Shown: positions 35,617 through 46,080 of the stretch, one piece after another
How positions within the stretch are numbered: position 1 is the first letter of the stretch
How the letters are laid out: the number at the start of each line of letters is the position of its first letter
Assembly: GCA_046545955.1 (NCBI GenBank)
Contig: JBKGYS010000003.1
Coordinates: 1 to 48,898, forward strand
DNA from: Spirochaetales bacterium
GTDB lineage: Bacteria > Spirochaetota > Spirochaetia > DSM-27196 > SKKC01
Length of the DNA stretch: 48,898 bases
Direction: 5' to 3'
Program-made: the position numbers and the translations under genes
Notes under the pieces: generated by a model
The model's database searches: none
Told to the model about the DNA's origin: nothing
The model's input: only the letters and a program-made list of their open reading frames with translations

Positions 35617-36360
35617 ATGAAGAAGAGGTTCAAGGTTGATGTTCGGTCGCAGCCCGTTCGCGCGCGGCTTAGATACCTTGCCATCGCGCAGCTAGCGCTC
35701 GTTTCGGTCGCCGGCTGCCGGCAGCCGGTCGATACAGCTGCGCGCAGAGAGCTCGCCGCCGCCCATTCGCTCTCGCTTGAAAGCCCCGATCGAGCGATAG
35801 AAACGTTGAACGATCTGCAAAGCCGATTTCCAGATTGGGCCGAACCGCACGTACACGCCGGGCGGCTTTACGCGATCGAGGGCAAGCCCGAGGAGGCGAT
35901 CCTTGCGCTGACCCGCGGGATCGAGCTCGCGCCCGAGAGCAGGCAGGCTGCGCTCTGGTATTCGCGTATCGCTGTGGCGACCGGTGACAACGCGACGCTC
36001 GAGCGCGCGAGGGAAGTACTCGAGCGGCAGCTCGGGCAGGACTCCGGCGACGTGCGGCTGTATCACGCGCTCGGTCTGCTTCTCGAGGCGAGCGGCGATG
36101 TGACCGGCGCGCTCGGCGCCTACCGGATGGGCACGGAGCGCCTTCCCGAAACCGCGCGACTGCACCTCGACGCGGCGAGAATCTTCTACCGGCTCGGGCT
36201 CACCGGACGCGCGGCGAAACGCGCCGCCGCCGCGCGCGACCTGTCCGAGGCGGCCGGCGGTCCGGTCTACGAGGCGGCGCTGCGGCTTACAGCGCAGATA
36301 GACGGGGGTACGCCGGCAGCGCGTCGCCCGAAAGCGGGAGCAGACGGGGGTGGGCTGTGA
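35617..36360 (+). CDS. Tetratricopeptide-repeat lipoprotein
   Basis: GGAGG RBS then ATG 35617; lipobox VAGC; TPR units AGRLYAIEGKPEEAILALTRGIELAP, YHALGLLLEASGDVTGALGAY. Confidence 0.8.
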   Translation: MKKRFKVDVRSQPVRARLRYLAIAQLALVSVAGCRQPVDTAARRELAAAHSLSLESPDRAIETLNDLQSRFPDWAEPHVHAGRLYAIEGKPEEAILALTRGIELAPESRQAALWYSRIAVATGDNATLERAREVLERQLGQDSGDVRLYHALGLLLEASGDVTGALGAYRMGTERLPETARLHLDAARIFYRLGLTGRAAKRAAAARDLSEAAGGPVYEAALRLTAQIDGGTPAARRPKAGADGGGL

Positions 36361-36977
36361 GGGGCACTACAGCGTTCGGGCTGCGTTCGCGGGTAGTCGG
36401 TTGCGTAGCCGCTGCGTGTCTCGCCGCCGGTTGCACGAGCGTACATCGTTCCGACGTAAGCGCGCTCGCAGACGACCGGCTGCGGGTATTCGCAGAAGCC
36501 GGCGCGGCGGACGCTTCGGTTACCATTCGACATATCGATGCAAGCGTAGAAAGCGATCATCTCGCCGCGGCGCCTGCGTACGACCCGCGTCTGCTCGCGC
36601 ATATGGCGGTGCACGAGGCCGCCGGTGGACGCCTTCGAATACACACGGCCTCGAGGCACGATCCACCCGAGCGTTCCCGGCCGAGGTCCGAAGTGCAGTC
36701 CGATCCTGCTGAGGACTCCCCGGGAGCATTCTCTCTCACCGTCGATGTGCGCGAACAAAGCTTTTTGCGCGGTATTCACGAGCGGCGTGCTATTACCGCG
36801 GTCGCCGAACTCGTAGCCTCCGGCGAGAACGCCGCGCGCGGCGCCGCCTTCGCCCGGGCGGTATACCGGGCGGACCATTCCGACACGGTTATTTCTCCGG
36901 GCGTCTACTATCGGGTTGTTTCCGAAACCGTTGAAGCGCTCTTCGGCGCGATCGAACAGCGCTTGGAGGAAGAGTAA
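36357..36977 (+). CDS. Hypothetical lipoprotein
   Basis: GTGA overlap with TPR stop; lipobox LAAGC; stop abuts the TolC start. Confidence 0.7.
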   Translation: MRGTTAFGLRSRVVGCVAAACLAAGCTSVHRSDVSALADDRLRVFAEAGAADASVTIRHIDASVESDHLAAAPAYDPRLLAHMAVHEAAGGRLRIHTASRHDPPERSRPRSEVQSDPAEDSPGAFSLTVDVREQSFLRGIHERRAITAVAELVASGENAARGAAFARAVYRADHSDTVISPGVYYRVVSETVEALFGAIEQRLEEE

Positions 36978-38456
36978 GTGCGCCTGCTTTTCCGGCAATG
37001 GGTGTGTCGCTCGCTCTTCGTCTGTACGAGCGCGTTCGCTCTGCACGCGGCCGGTCCCTACAGTGGCGACACCGACGCCGGCAGCGCCGATTGTGAGGCT
37101 CACGGTGCCCCGCAGCACGCCGCGGCGGGTCTGACGGCCGGCCGAGACGAACAGGAGAGCCCGGTCCGCGTCCTGTCGATAGATACGGCAATGGACCGAG
37201 CGCTCGACGTCTCGGATGACCTTCGATTCGCCGAAAGAGAAGCACAGCTGCACGCCGACCGCTTCGTTCGCGAACGACGTACGTACTTGCCGACGTTGTC
37301 GATCTCGTATGCGAGTGACACCGCAATAACGCCGCTGTCGCCTGACAACCGTTCGCAACGCCTTTCGTTGGGGCTTCGTCAGACACTCTACGACCGGGGT
37401 GCGCTCTCGCGTGAACGGCGACGCACTGCAGCCGAGCTCGCGCTGCGCCGCAGCGAGGTCGACGAGCTGCGAAGAGACATTGAAACCGAAGCGTGGGAGA
37501 CCATCGTTCAATTTCAACTGCTCGCCCAACGCGTACGCGCGCGAGCAACAGCGATCGAGGTGGCCGATCGGGCACTCCGGATCGCCGAGGAGCAGTTCGC
37601 CCTCGGGCGGATTACCGAACGCGAATTGAACGAATCGCGCGTCTCCGCCGCTGAGCTGGAAGAACAGCTTGGTAGCGACAAGATCGAGCAAACCGCGGCT
37701 CGCTTCGAGCTGATTCGCCTTCTGCGTCTCCCCCCGGACGAGATGCTTTCGATCTGCGGCGGTTTCCAGGCGGAATCACGTCCAAAGCCGCTCGACATGA
37801 ACGCGTCGGGGCTTTTCAATCGAGCGAGTCGCCACGATCTCGAGCTCCGAAGGAGTAGACTCTCGGTGAGACGCGCGACCGAGCAGGCGCACGAGGTCGG
37901 TCGGCGATTCCTACCGAAGATCGATGCATCGGCCAGTATTTCGCTCGCGGCAGATACGCTTCCGCTCCGCGACCCGGGCGTTTCGGTGGCAGTCGACTTC
38001 TCGTGGTCGGGCGATACGCCGGTTTCGACCGAGGTCACCGCAGCAACCCGTAGCAACGGCGAGGTGCGCAGGGGCGCTCAGGTCGGATTCGAACCGGTAC
38101 AGAAGACGACCAGCCGTTTGGACGAGGCACAGGCTCTACTCGAGCTTGACCGCAGTCGGGCGTCGCTCGACGAGTACGAGAGCGAGCTTCGGTTTGCTCT
38201 CACGCGCGAAATCTCGCTCTTCGAATTGTCCGTCGACAGGTGGCGCTCGGCGCGGCGCCGCCGTGACCTTGCCGAAACACAGGTAGAGATCCTCGAAACG
38301 GAAGCCGAGCTTGGGCGCGCCAGACCGATCGACGTACACACCGCGGCAAAATCACTCCTCGAAGCCGAACTGAACGTGCTCGAAATCGCATTCGAGAGCA
38401 TGACCCGCAGACGCGGTATCGAGGAACTCACCGGTGTGTATTCAGGGGAATTATGA
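36978..38456 (+). CDS. TolC-family outer membrane protein (divergent)
   Basis: LSIDTAMDRAL, YLPTLSISY, LRQTLYDRG, EEQFALGRITERE, FLPKIDASAS, EAELGRARPID; two OEP repeats. Confidence 0.82.
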   Translation: MRLLFRQWVCRSLFVCTSAFALHAAGPYSGDTDAGSADCEAHGAPQHAAAGLTAGRDEQESPVRVLSIDTAMDRALDVSDDLRFAEREAQLHADRFVRERRTYLPTLSISYASDTAITPLSPDNRSQRLSLGLRQTLYDRGALSRERRRTAAELALRRSEVDELRRDIETEAWETIVQFQLLAQRVRARATAIEVADRALRIAEEQFALGRITERELNESRVSAAELEEQLGSDKIEQTAARFELIRLLRLPPDEMLSICGGFQAESRPKPLDMNASGLFNRASRHDLELRRSRLSVRRATEQAHEVGRRFLPKIDASASISLAADTLPLRDPGVSVAVDFSWSGDTPVSTEVTAATRSNGEVRRGAQVGFEPVQKTTSRLDEAQALLELDRSRASLDEYESELRFALTREISLFELSVDRWRSARRRRDLAETQVEILETEAELGRARPIDVHTAAKSLLEAELNVLEIAFESMTRRRGIEELTGVYSGEL

Positions 38457-39835
38457 AAAAATCGGGATCGAGCCACCGAGAACCTCGTCGTCGTTCCGGG
38501 TTGCTGCACGCGGCGTGTATTCTATGGGCCGTTTCAACCGCACTCGCTTGCGCGCGGGAACAGCCGTCGGTCGAGGACAACGCGGTGCACGCGGTTACTC
38601 TGGTGGAACCGAAACTACGCACAATCTCGGACAAAATCGAGACCTTCGGTTCGATCGCCGTTCGTCGAAAGACCGACGTAACCGCCGCAGTCGATGGCAT
38701 TGTCCGATCGCGACCGTTCGAAGAGGGCGAGCGAATCGCGTCGGGCGCCGTTGTCGTGGAGCTCGACAATGTACAGCTGCGCGTACGGCACCGCCAGGCG
38801 CAAAGCGAAATCGAAAGCGCCGAGAGCAGCGTTCTCCTCGCCGAGGCGCGGCTCGCCGAGGCGCGAGAGAACGTGCGTCGTGAGCTCATAGGAGTCGACC
38901 GGCGTGAAATCGAACGTGACACAAAAGAGTTCGAACTCGAGCGCCTCTCAGATCGGATCGAACGTGAGAAGCGCCTGAACGAGGTCGGCGGAGCAACCGA
39001 TGAGGAGCTTCGAGAGTTACACGATCAGCAGGTACGCATGCAGGGCGACTACGAAGCGCTTCTCAAAGAGATCGAGATCCAGTCGCTTGCCTTCAGCGCC
39101 GAGGCGATCTCCCGGAAGGGATATCCCGTCCCGCGTACTGAGACCGAGCGCATCGAGCTGCTTCAGACGCTCAGCACACAGACGGAGGCGGCGCAGCTCG
39201 CGGTCGCTCGAAGCAGCCTCGATTCCGCGCGCGCCGAGCTCGATTCGGTCGAGCTGCTTCTCGACGAACTCGTTGTCACCGCGCCGCGCCGGGGAACGAT
39301 CGGAGCCCGCCACGTCGAAGTCGGCGAGCGGGTGCAGGAGGGAGGCGCCGTCGTTTCGATCTTCGAGGAGGACCCGATTCACGCACTCTTACCGGTGCGA
39401 GAGTCGGAAACCGGCCTTATCGCCGTAGGGCAGCGGTCGGACATTGTGGTACCGGCGGTATCGGATGAGTACCTTCGCGGCGAGGTAGACCGGATCTCCC
39501 CGACCGTCGATCCGCAGAGCGGAAGCGTCGCCGTTCGTGTTGTCGTGGAAAACAGCGAGGGGACGCTGAAACCGGGGATGTTCGTGGAAGGATCGATTGG
39601 ATACGGCCGTGAGCGGCAAGCGTTGGTCGTCCCCGTCTCGTCGCTGGTTGGCAGCGATGGGCGAAGCGCGTCGGTCTTTGTGGTTCGCGGTGGACGCGCG
39701 CTTCGCCGGGAGATAGCGATCGGTGAGGAACGAAACGATCGGACCGTCGAGGTCGAGGACGGTCTTACGGAGAACGAACTCCTGATCGACACACCATCTC
39801 CGCTGATCCGGGAGGGCGATCGTGTGCAACAATAG
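38453..39835 (+). CDS. RND periplasmic adaptor (MFP) with extended alpha-hairpin, lipoprotein
   Basis: ATGA overlap; lipobox ALAC; VTAAVDGIV..EEGERI, about 170-aa helical insert, VVTAPRRGTI, ISPTVDPQSG, LKPGMFV, VEVEDGL. Confidence 0.88.
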   Translation: MKKSGSSHREPRRRSGLLHAACILWAVSTALACAREQPSVEDNAVHAVTLVEPKLRTISDKIETFGSIAVRRKTDVTAAVDGIVRSRPFEEGERIASGAVVVELDNVQLRVRHRQAQSEIESAESSVLLAEARLAEARENVRRELIGVDRREIERDTKEFELERLSDRIEREKRLNEVGGATDEELRELHDQQVRMQGDYEALLKEIEIQSLAFSAEAISRKGYPVPRTETERIELLQTLSTQTEAAQLAVARSSLDSARAELDSVELLLDELVVTAPRRGTIGARHVEVGERVQEGGAVVSIFEEDPIHALLPVRESETGLIAVGQRSDIVVPAVSDEYLRGEVDRISPTVDPQSGSVAVRVVVENSEGTLKPGMFVEGSIGYGRERQALVVPVSSLVGSDGRSASVFVVRGGRALRREIAIGEERNDRTVEVEDGLTENELLIDTPSPLIREGDRVQQ

Positions 39836-41300
39836 CAAGCCTTGTCTCAGGGCAATGTCTCGCCTTCAGCCGCTCCCGCCTGTAGTAGCCGCGCTTGTCT
39901 TGGTCGTCTCGTGCGACCTGGTCGACCTTCACCGACTCGAAGTGCAAACCACCCCCGCCTCCGCACACGAGGTTGTTGGTGCCGATTCGGCGATTCGCGC
40001 AACATTCTCCCGGCCGGTTAACGAGGAAACGGTTGAAAGGGCGTTTCTTCTCGAAACCGCTACAGAGGAGATCGAGGTCGATTTTGACTGGTCGCAGGAG
40101 GGATTCCGAGCGACGCCCGTTGAGACTCCGAAGCCGGGTGTACCGTACAGGCTGCAACTCGACGGATCGATCGTCGACGAGCGTGGCCTCGATCACGACG
40201 TTGATATATACGTACCGTTTTTCTTCGGAAACGATTCACCACGCCCGAACCTTCAACGGAGCACACCGTCTGCGGGTGGCGACATAGGCGTATTCGACCC
40301 GGTTCGCCTTGTCTTCAGCATTCCGGTCGACCGCGGTCGATTCGAGGATACGATTGCCGTCACTCCGGATACAGAGTTCGATGTTTCGTGGCACAGCAAA
40401 GACACAGTAGTAGAGATCACACCTTCCCGGCAGTGGGAACCGCTAACGGTGTATCGCTGGTCGATATCAAACGATACGGTATCGAAGGACGGGGTACCGA
40501 TCGCCTCGGCAGCCTCGGGGTCGTTTTTTACGCAGTATGACGCCACGAGTCCCAACCTCACCGAATACCGTTTTGCGAGAATCGACGAGGGAATTGCCGT
40601 TGAGACGGACGCGCTCCAGGCAGACGGAGTGGTGCTTCTCGAGTTCTCCGAGGCGGTTCGCTTCGAGTCAGTGCGAAGAGCTCTCACGGTTGCACCCGGC
40701 GTTCGCTCGGCCGTAGAACAGAAGACTGATCGGGAGTTTCTCGTTCGATTCGACGAGGAGCTCCGCGGGGGACAGTTGTACGAGATTTCGATCTCCGATG
40801 AGCTGCGCGACCTCTCGGGCAATCGCCCGACCGGAGATCAGAGCTTCACCGTAGAGCCGGTTTCAAATCGACAGCTCGTCTCGCGAATCCGAAGCTTCTG
40901 GGCAACCGCTTCGGGCGATGGAGTGGTCAACCTGGAGCTGGATGCCGGAGCGAGCGGTTCGACCGAGGCAGGACTTGGTTCACCCGACGGAACAAATACG
41001 CTTCAGTTCGAGTTCGATATTCCCTACGAGTCGAAGGCCGCCCGCGACCGTCTCATCGAGGCGGTAGAGCTGCGCGCGCTACTACCCGACCGTGCGGTGA
41101 ACCCGGACGTAGAACAGGTGCGCTGGCTCGATGGAGGGGCCCGGCTGCGTATGTCGTTCGCCGGATTGATCCCGTCCGACTCGGTTGAGCAACCATCGAT
41201 CTATCGTCTTCGCCTCGCAGCCGGAAGCTCGAGCGCCCCGGATCGTGCGAGCGGGCTCGAGCGGTCGCTTATCGTATATATCCGTACGGAGGTCGAATAG
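39822..41300 (+). CDS. Ig-like (Big_5/SbsA-type) repeat lipoprotein
   Basis: Lipobox LVVSC (start may be ATG 39855); repeated I.ATFSRPVN..TVERAF, LVFSIPVD, LEFSEAV, Y.I.IS..LRDLSGN modules. Confidence 0.75.
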   Translation: MCNNSKPCLRAMSRLQPLPPVVAALVLVVSCDLVDLHRLEVQTTPASAHEVVGADSAIRATFSRPVNEETVERAFLLETATEEIEVDFDWSQEGFRATPVETPKPGVPYRLQLDGSIVDERGLDHDVDIYVPFFFGNDSPRPNLQRSTPSAGGDIGVFDPVRLVFSIPVDRGRFEDTIAVTPDTEFDVSWHSKDTVVEITPSRQWEPLTVYRWSISNDTVSKDGVPIASAASGSFFTQYDATSPNLTEYRFARIDEGIAVETDALQADGVVLLEFSEAVRFESVRRALTVAPGVRSAVEQKTDREFLVRFDEELRGGQLYEISISDELRDLSGNRPTGDQSFTVEPVSNRQLVSRIRSFWATASGDGVVNLELDAGASGSTEAGLGSPDGTNTLQFEFDIPYESKAARDRLIEAVELRALLPDRAVNPDVEQVRWLDGGARLRMSFAGLIPSDSVEQPSIYRLRLAAGSSSAPDRASGLERSLIVYIRTEVE

Positions 41301-42931
41301 TGTCGCCTACAGCCTTTTTTCGGTGCAGGATAGCTTCTGCAATGGTATCGGGAGTGTGCCGGGCGAGCGCTCGGAAAGTGGCACTACCGTTAACGCTGAT
41401 GCTGACCGCCCTGTTCGCTGGTTGTAGATTGACGAACATGGAACCGCTGGAGGTCGTCGGATGGTCGCCGCAAGACCGGCGAGTGACGGAAGCCGGGGAC
41501 ATCGAGGCGATTCTCGTGGAGTTCTCGTCAGATGCGGACCAAACTCGCACCGAACGCGCGTTCACGCTTACCGAGGACGACACAGCGCTTACCGGTCGGT
41601 TCTCATGGGAAGAACGCACCATGCGTTTCGTTCCCGATCTGCCGATCGAGAGTGGACGCGACTACCGGATAACGATTACCGGCGATGCTCAGGATGTGCA
41701 TGGCAACGCACTCGGACAGGACTTCGAGCACGTATTCACCACACGCGTATCCGACACTCGGCCTACCTTAGTTAAAAGCATTCCGCACAACGACGCGATT
41801 CTACCGGTCGAAGGAGCCGCGATTACGCTCGATTTCGGTGAACAGGTCGATCGCGCGAGTTTCTACGAGGCATTAGATATTTCTCCGTCGATCTTGTTCT
41901 CCGTCTCATGGAATGATTCCGACAGTACCGCAACCGTTCACACCATGGAGACGCTGACACAACAACAAGAGTACACCGTGCGCCTCGACACCCGGCTTGA
42001 GAACATCGACGGGAACACACTCGCCGAGGCGGTCGAGCTTAGCTTTCACGCGGAGCAGCCGGGAATAAAGCCGGCGCTTAATGCGGTGCGCGCATCGCAC
42101 GAACCGGCGCCTGATACATGGCGCGCCGATTATACCGACGAGCCGCTGACCGCGCGGCACTACTCCGCGGAAATCGGGGAGGCGTCGGTTCGTCCAACCG
42201 CAGAATGGGAGCGGTTCTGGGGACTTGCGCTCGAGTTCAATACACCGGTTCGTCGGCAGGACATAATTCGGGCAATAGAGTTCGACCCCGAAATCCCGTT
42301 CTCGGTTGTGCCTGAGTTTCAGTCGACCTCCGGGTTGTTCGAAATCCTCCCCGATGAACGCTTCGAGTACGATCGCGAGTACACTCTGCGCCTGGCCGGC
42401 GATATACGAACCGACCTCGGAGTTGAAACGCGAATCGACCGGTTTATCCGATTTCGCGTCGACGGGGCAGCCTCGCGACCGCCTGCGGTAGGGAGTGTTT
42501 TCTTCCTCGAAAACCCGAAGACCGAGAATGTGGTCGGACCGCTTCGCGACGACGACGAGCTTGATCTGTCCGAATACGGAGAAGGTGGAGATACGGGGTT
42601 CTTTGATCTGTACGTAACTCCCGGGACCGGAGCGCGCTTCGACCCGCTCGAACTCGCGAGCGCGTTCTCTTTCTCGGTGGACAATGTTGCCGCGGATTTT
42701 GAGCTCGTAAACGTGCTCGCAACCGACACAGGAGGCCAGACGAACCTGGAACCGCAACCCGCAGCGGAGCCGGCGAACGACGAAATGATTATCCGTGTAC
42801 ACGCGGTCATTGAAGATCTCGAAAACTCGGGAGTGATTACCGTTTCCATCGACGGCTCGGCGCGCGACTCGTACGATAACGCGCTCGGGCGGACGTGGCA
42901 GCGACGGCTGAATCAGGTGTCTTCACGGTGA
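41300..42931 (+). CDS. Ig-like (Big_5/SbsA-type) repeat lipoprotein
   Basis: Lipobox LFAGC (true start may be downstream); P..PIESGRDYRITITGDAQDVHGNAL...FTT, LDFGEQVD, YTVRLDTRLENIDGNTL, ARDSYDNAL. Confidence 0.78.
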   Translation: MSPTAFFRCRIASAMVSGVCRASARKVALPLTLMLTALFAGCRLTNMEPLEVVGWSPQDRRVTEAGDIEAILVEFSSDADQTRTERAFTLTEDDTALTGRFSWEERTMRFVPDLPIESGRDYRITITGDAQDVHGNALGQDFEHVFTTRVSDTRPTLVKSIPHNDAILPVEGAAITLDFGEQVDRASFYEALDISPSILFSVSWNDSDSTATVHTMETLTQQQEYTVRLDTRLENIDGNTLAEAVELSFHAEQPGIKPALNAVRASHEPAPDTWRADYTDEPLTARHYSAEIGEASVRPTAEWERFWGLALEFNTPVRRQDIIRAIEFDPEIPFSVVPEFQSTSGLFEILPDERFEYDREYTLRLAGDIRTDLGVETRIDRFIRFRVDGAASRPPAVGSVFFLENPKTENVVGPLRDDDELDLSEYGEGGDTGFFDLYVTPGTGARFDPLELASAFSFSVDNVAADFELVNVLATDTGGQTNLEPQPAAEPANDEMIIRVHAVIEDLENSGVITVSIDGSARDSYDNALGRTWQRRLNQVSSR

Positions 42932-45900
42932 AGCGTCTAATCGCCGGCGTCCTTCGCAGACCGATCGGCACCGTATCTGTCGCGATCGCAGTGGTGACCG
43001 CGGGCGTAGCCGGAATGGCGTCTTCGAGCGTTTCGCTTCTTCCGGCGATTGATGTTCCGGTCATCACCGTCGGCGCCGAGTACGACGGATTACCGGCAGA
43101 GCAGATGCGCGAGCTCGTTACGCTACCGCTCGAACGCGGATTATCGGGAATAGCGGGACTACGGGGAATGCAGAGCACGACGCGTGCGGGGACTGTGGTA
43201 GTCCGGTTGAACTTCGACTGGGGAACCGAAAGCAACGAGGCGGCATCGGCGATTCGGGAAGCGGTCGACGCGCTCTACCCCTCTCTGCCGAATGCGGTAT
43301 CGCGACCGACGGTCCGACGCGTCGACCCTGCCGCGCGTCCCGCGATCCGGGTGGCGCTTCACCCGTCGGGAGCTTCCGCTGCGCGGGTCCGTCGTCTCGC
43401 CGAACGCGAAATACGCGCTGCCGTTCAACAGCTCCCCGGAGTCGGCTCGGTGGTGGTGAGCGGCGGCGGAGTTGAGGAAATCCATGTAACCGTAGATCAA
43501 ACGAAGGCCCAGGAGCGGAATCTTGACCTTATCACGATTCGAGAGGCACTGATCGAAGGAAACAGTGAGTACGCCGCCGGCTCGATGGTCGAGGGCGACC
43601 TGGAGCTGTTCGTCACTACCGACGCTCGCCTTGCATCGACTGAAGAGCTCGAGCGGGTTTTCATCGCCCGAGACGGGTCGACCGAGCCCGAGGTCGACAA
43701 TCGGACCGACCCCGTGGCGCTGTCGTCGCTCGCCCGAGTCGAACCAGGCTACGCGCCTCGCAACTCGGTATTTCACGTCGACGGCCGGGAGGCGATAGGT
43801 CTTGACATATACTCGATGGTCGACTCGAGTCCTGCCTCGGTAGCCGATCGGGTGAGTGCGGCTATTCCCGACCTGGAACGAAGCTTCGGTTCGTCGACTT
43901 CCTTCGAGGTCGTACACGACCAGTCACATTCGGTCCGCCTCGCGCTATCGGAAGTCTCAATTGCCGCCGGGCTCGGGACGGTTGCGGCCTTTCTCGTTTT
44001 AATCGTGTTTCTACGCTCGTGGCAAGGGGCTACAATCGTGGCACTTTCAATCCCGACCTCAATCGGGTTTTCCTTCGCCCTCCTCGCAGTCTTCGGCGTT
44101 GATCTCAATGTAATGTCCCTCGCAGGACTAGCTATCGGCATCGGGATGGTAGTCGACAACAGCATCGTCGTCGTCGAAAACATGCACGAATACGCCCGCG
44201 GTGAAACACTCGATGCAGCACGTTCGACAGCCGCTGTAGTAGAGGTGTCGAGCGCGACCCTGTCCGGCACTTTGACCACCATCGCGGTCTTTTTACCGCT
44301 TTACGCGTTACCCGGCGTAGCAGGGCTCCTATACCGGGATCTTGCTACCGCCGTCGTAAGCGCGTTGGTCGCAAGCTATCTTACGTCGATCACCATAACT
44401 CCGTTACTCTACACCCGTTTCGCACGCTCTCGGAGCGACGCAGCAGGGGGTGCAAAGCAGCACACGGAGAAATTGTCCGGCACGGCGCCACGGTCCTGTC
44501 CGGCCTCCAATTCCAGGCTCGACCGCGTATATCGCTCGCTCCTGTGCGCGTGCCTACGACGACCTGCGACCTGCGCTACCGCGGCCGCCGCGGTCACGAT
44601 CCTTACCTCGCTCGCGTTCGGTGGCCGCGTACATACCATGGCGGTCGAACCGGTCGATCAAGGCGAGGTTGAAATTTCGTTACGTGTTCCCGTTGACTAC
44701 TCGGTGGAGGCGTCGGCGCGGCAGAGCGCGTACATAGCCGAAATGCTCGGTAAACTTCACGGGGTACAACGGGCTGTCTCACGCGTCGGAGGTGAGAAGG
44801 ACGACCCCTGGTTCCTCTCCGATCCGTTCAGCAGCCCGAATACTGCACGGATACACCTGATTCTCGATCGACAAGTTTCGGCTCATCTTCTCGTCGACCG
44901 GTTAACAGCCCGTCTCGAAGCCTTGAATATGGACGCGACCGTAGCACTTCCCGAGAGCACGGTAGCACAACTGCTTCGCTTCAACGGCGGCGAGGGTGTC
45001 GCAGTGTACGGTGAGTCGCCTGCTATATCACTCGCTCGCGCAGAACGAGTGGTCGCAGAGGCCGAGGCCGGATTCGAAGCCAGGCGGCCGTTGTCGCTCG
45101 TGCCGGTCGAACGTCGACAAAGCATCCTCGCAACCCCTAATCGCGCGGTGATCGACAAGCGCGGCATTTCTATCACCGACGCTTCAGTACTTCTTCGTTC
45201 GACCGTCGAAGGTGCGAAAGCCGGATCGCTCGTTCGCGATGGAGAGAAGTTCGACATACGACTCTTTTACGGTGACACACAACAGCGCCAAGAGCTGGGT
45301 TCGACCTTGCTTATCGGGGGTGTCCCGTTGCACGAAGCTCTTCACATGCAACAGCGGAGCGGGCGTTCGGTGCTTTCGAGACGTTCAAGGCGCGACGTGA
45401 TCTACATAAAGGGGGCTCAAAATCGGATCGACACCACAGGCCGGCCCTGGATGGAAGATCTCGGAAGAACAACCATCGACGGATTAGCGAGATCGCTGCT
45501 TCCTGTCTTTGCCCTCGCAGTTCTCACGATAGCAGCGATTCTTATTCTGCAGTTCGAGAGTCTCGGGCAGGCGGCGCTGGTGCTCTCGGTACTTCCGTTC
45601 GCGCTTATCGGCTCGGTAGTCGGGGTAGCGGCAGTCGAGCGACCCCTAACGATGCAGAGCGCGATCGGCAGCCTGGTCCTTATCGGAATGGTAGTAAATG
45701 GTGCAATCATGCTTATACAGACCTGGAATCAGGGGCACGATTGCATCAGGCACTCTCGCGGGAGCCGACGAAGCGTTACCGGGCAAATCTCGACGTTACG
45801 CGCAAGCGTTGTCCGCGGGGCTCTCCGGCGACTTCGGCCCATACTTATGACCAACGGCACAACGATCGCCGCAATGGTGCCGCTTCTAATCGACCCAGGT

Positions 45901-46080
45901 ATTCGTTCGCATCAGAGTGGACTCGCGGTGGCCATTGTCTCCGGACTGCTCGTCGGAACCGTGGTAACGCTCTTCGTCCTCCCCCCATGTTATTTCGCAA
46001 TCGGAACGCGAGTAATCGTCCGTAACGGGCAAACACACGCGGGCATCGACGCGACGCGCAAGACCGATGCGCAAGAATAG
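42928..46080 (+). CDS. RND transporter permease subunit 1 (AcrB-like, divergent)
   Basis: Start reassigned to GTG 42928 (GTGA overlap); LLPAIDVP, VTLPLERGL, TM4 GMVVDNSIVVVEN, ILQFES, GMVVNGAIML, RLRPILMT. Confidence 0.9.
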   Translation: MKRLIAGVLRRPIGTVSVAIAVVTAGVAGMASSSVSLLPAIDVPVITVGAEYDGLPAEQMRELVTLPLERGLSGIAGLRGMQSTTRAGTVVVRLNFDWGTESNEAASAIREAVDALYPSLPNAVSRPTVRRVDPAARPAIRVALHPSGASAARVRRLAEREIRAAVQQLPGVGSVVVSGGGVEEIHVTVDQTKAQERNLDLITIREALIEGNSEYAAGSMVEGDLELFVTTDARLASTEELERVFIARDGSTEPEVDNRTDPVALSSLARVEPGYAPRNSVFHVDGREAIGLDIYSMVDSSPASVADRVSAAIPDLERSFGSSTSFEVVHDQSHSVRLALSEVSIAAGLGTVAAFLVLIVFLRSWQGATIVALSIPTSIGFSFALLAVFGVDLNVMSLAGLAIGIGMVVDNSIVVVENMHEYARGETLDAARSTAAVVEVSSATLSGTLTTIAVFLPLYALPGVAGLLYRDLATAVVSALVASYLTSITITPLLYTRFARSRSDAAGGAKQHTEKLSGTAPRSCPASNSRLDRVYRSLLCACLRRPATCATAAAAVTILTSLAFGGRVHTMAVEPVDQGEVEISLRVPVDYSVEASARQSAYIAEMLGKLHGVQRAVSRVGGEKDDPWFLSDPFSSPNTARIHLILDRQVSAHLLVDRLTARLEALNMDATVALPESTVAQLLRFNGGEGVAVYGESPAISLARAERVVAEAEAGFEARRPLSLVPVERRQSILATPNRAVIDKRGISITDASVLLRSTVEGAKAGSLVRDGEKFDIRLFYGDTQQRQELGSTLLIGGVPLHEALHMQQRSGRSVLSRRSRRDVIYIKGAQNRIDTTGRPWMEDLGRTTIDGLARSLLPVFALAVLTIAAILILQFESLGQAALVLSVLPFALIGSVVGVAAVERPLTMQSAIGSLVLIGMVVNGAIMLIQTWNQGHDCIRHSRGSRRSVTGQISTLRASVVRGALRRLRPILMTNGTTIAAMVPLLIDPGIRSHQSGLAVAIVSGLLVGTVVTLFVLPPCYFAIGTRVIVRNGQTHAGIDATRKTDAQE

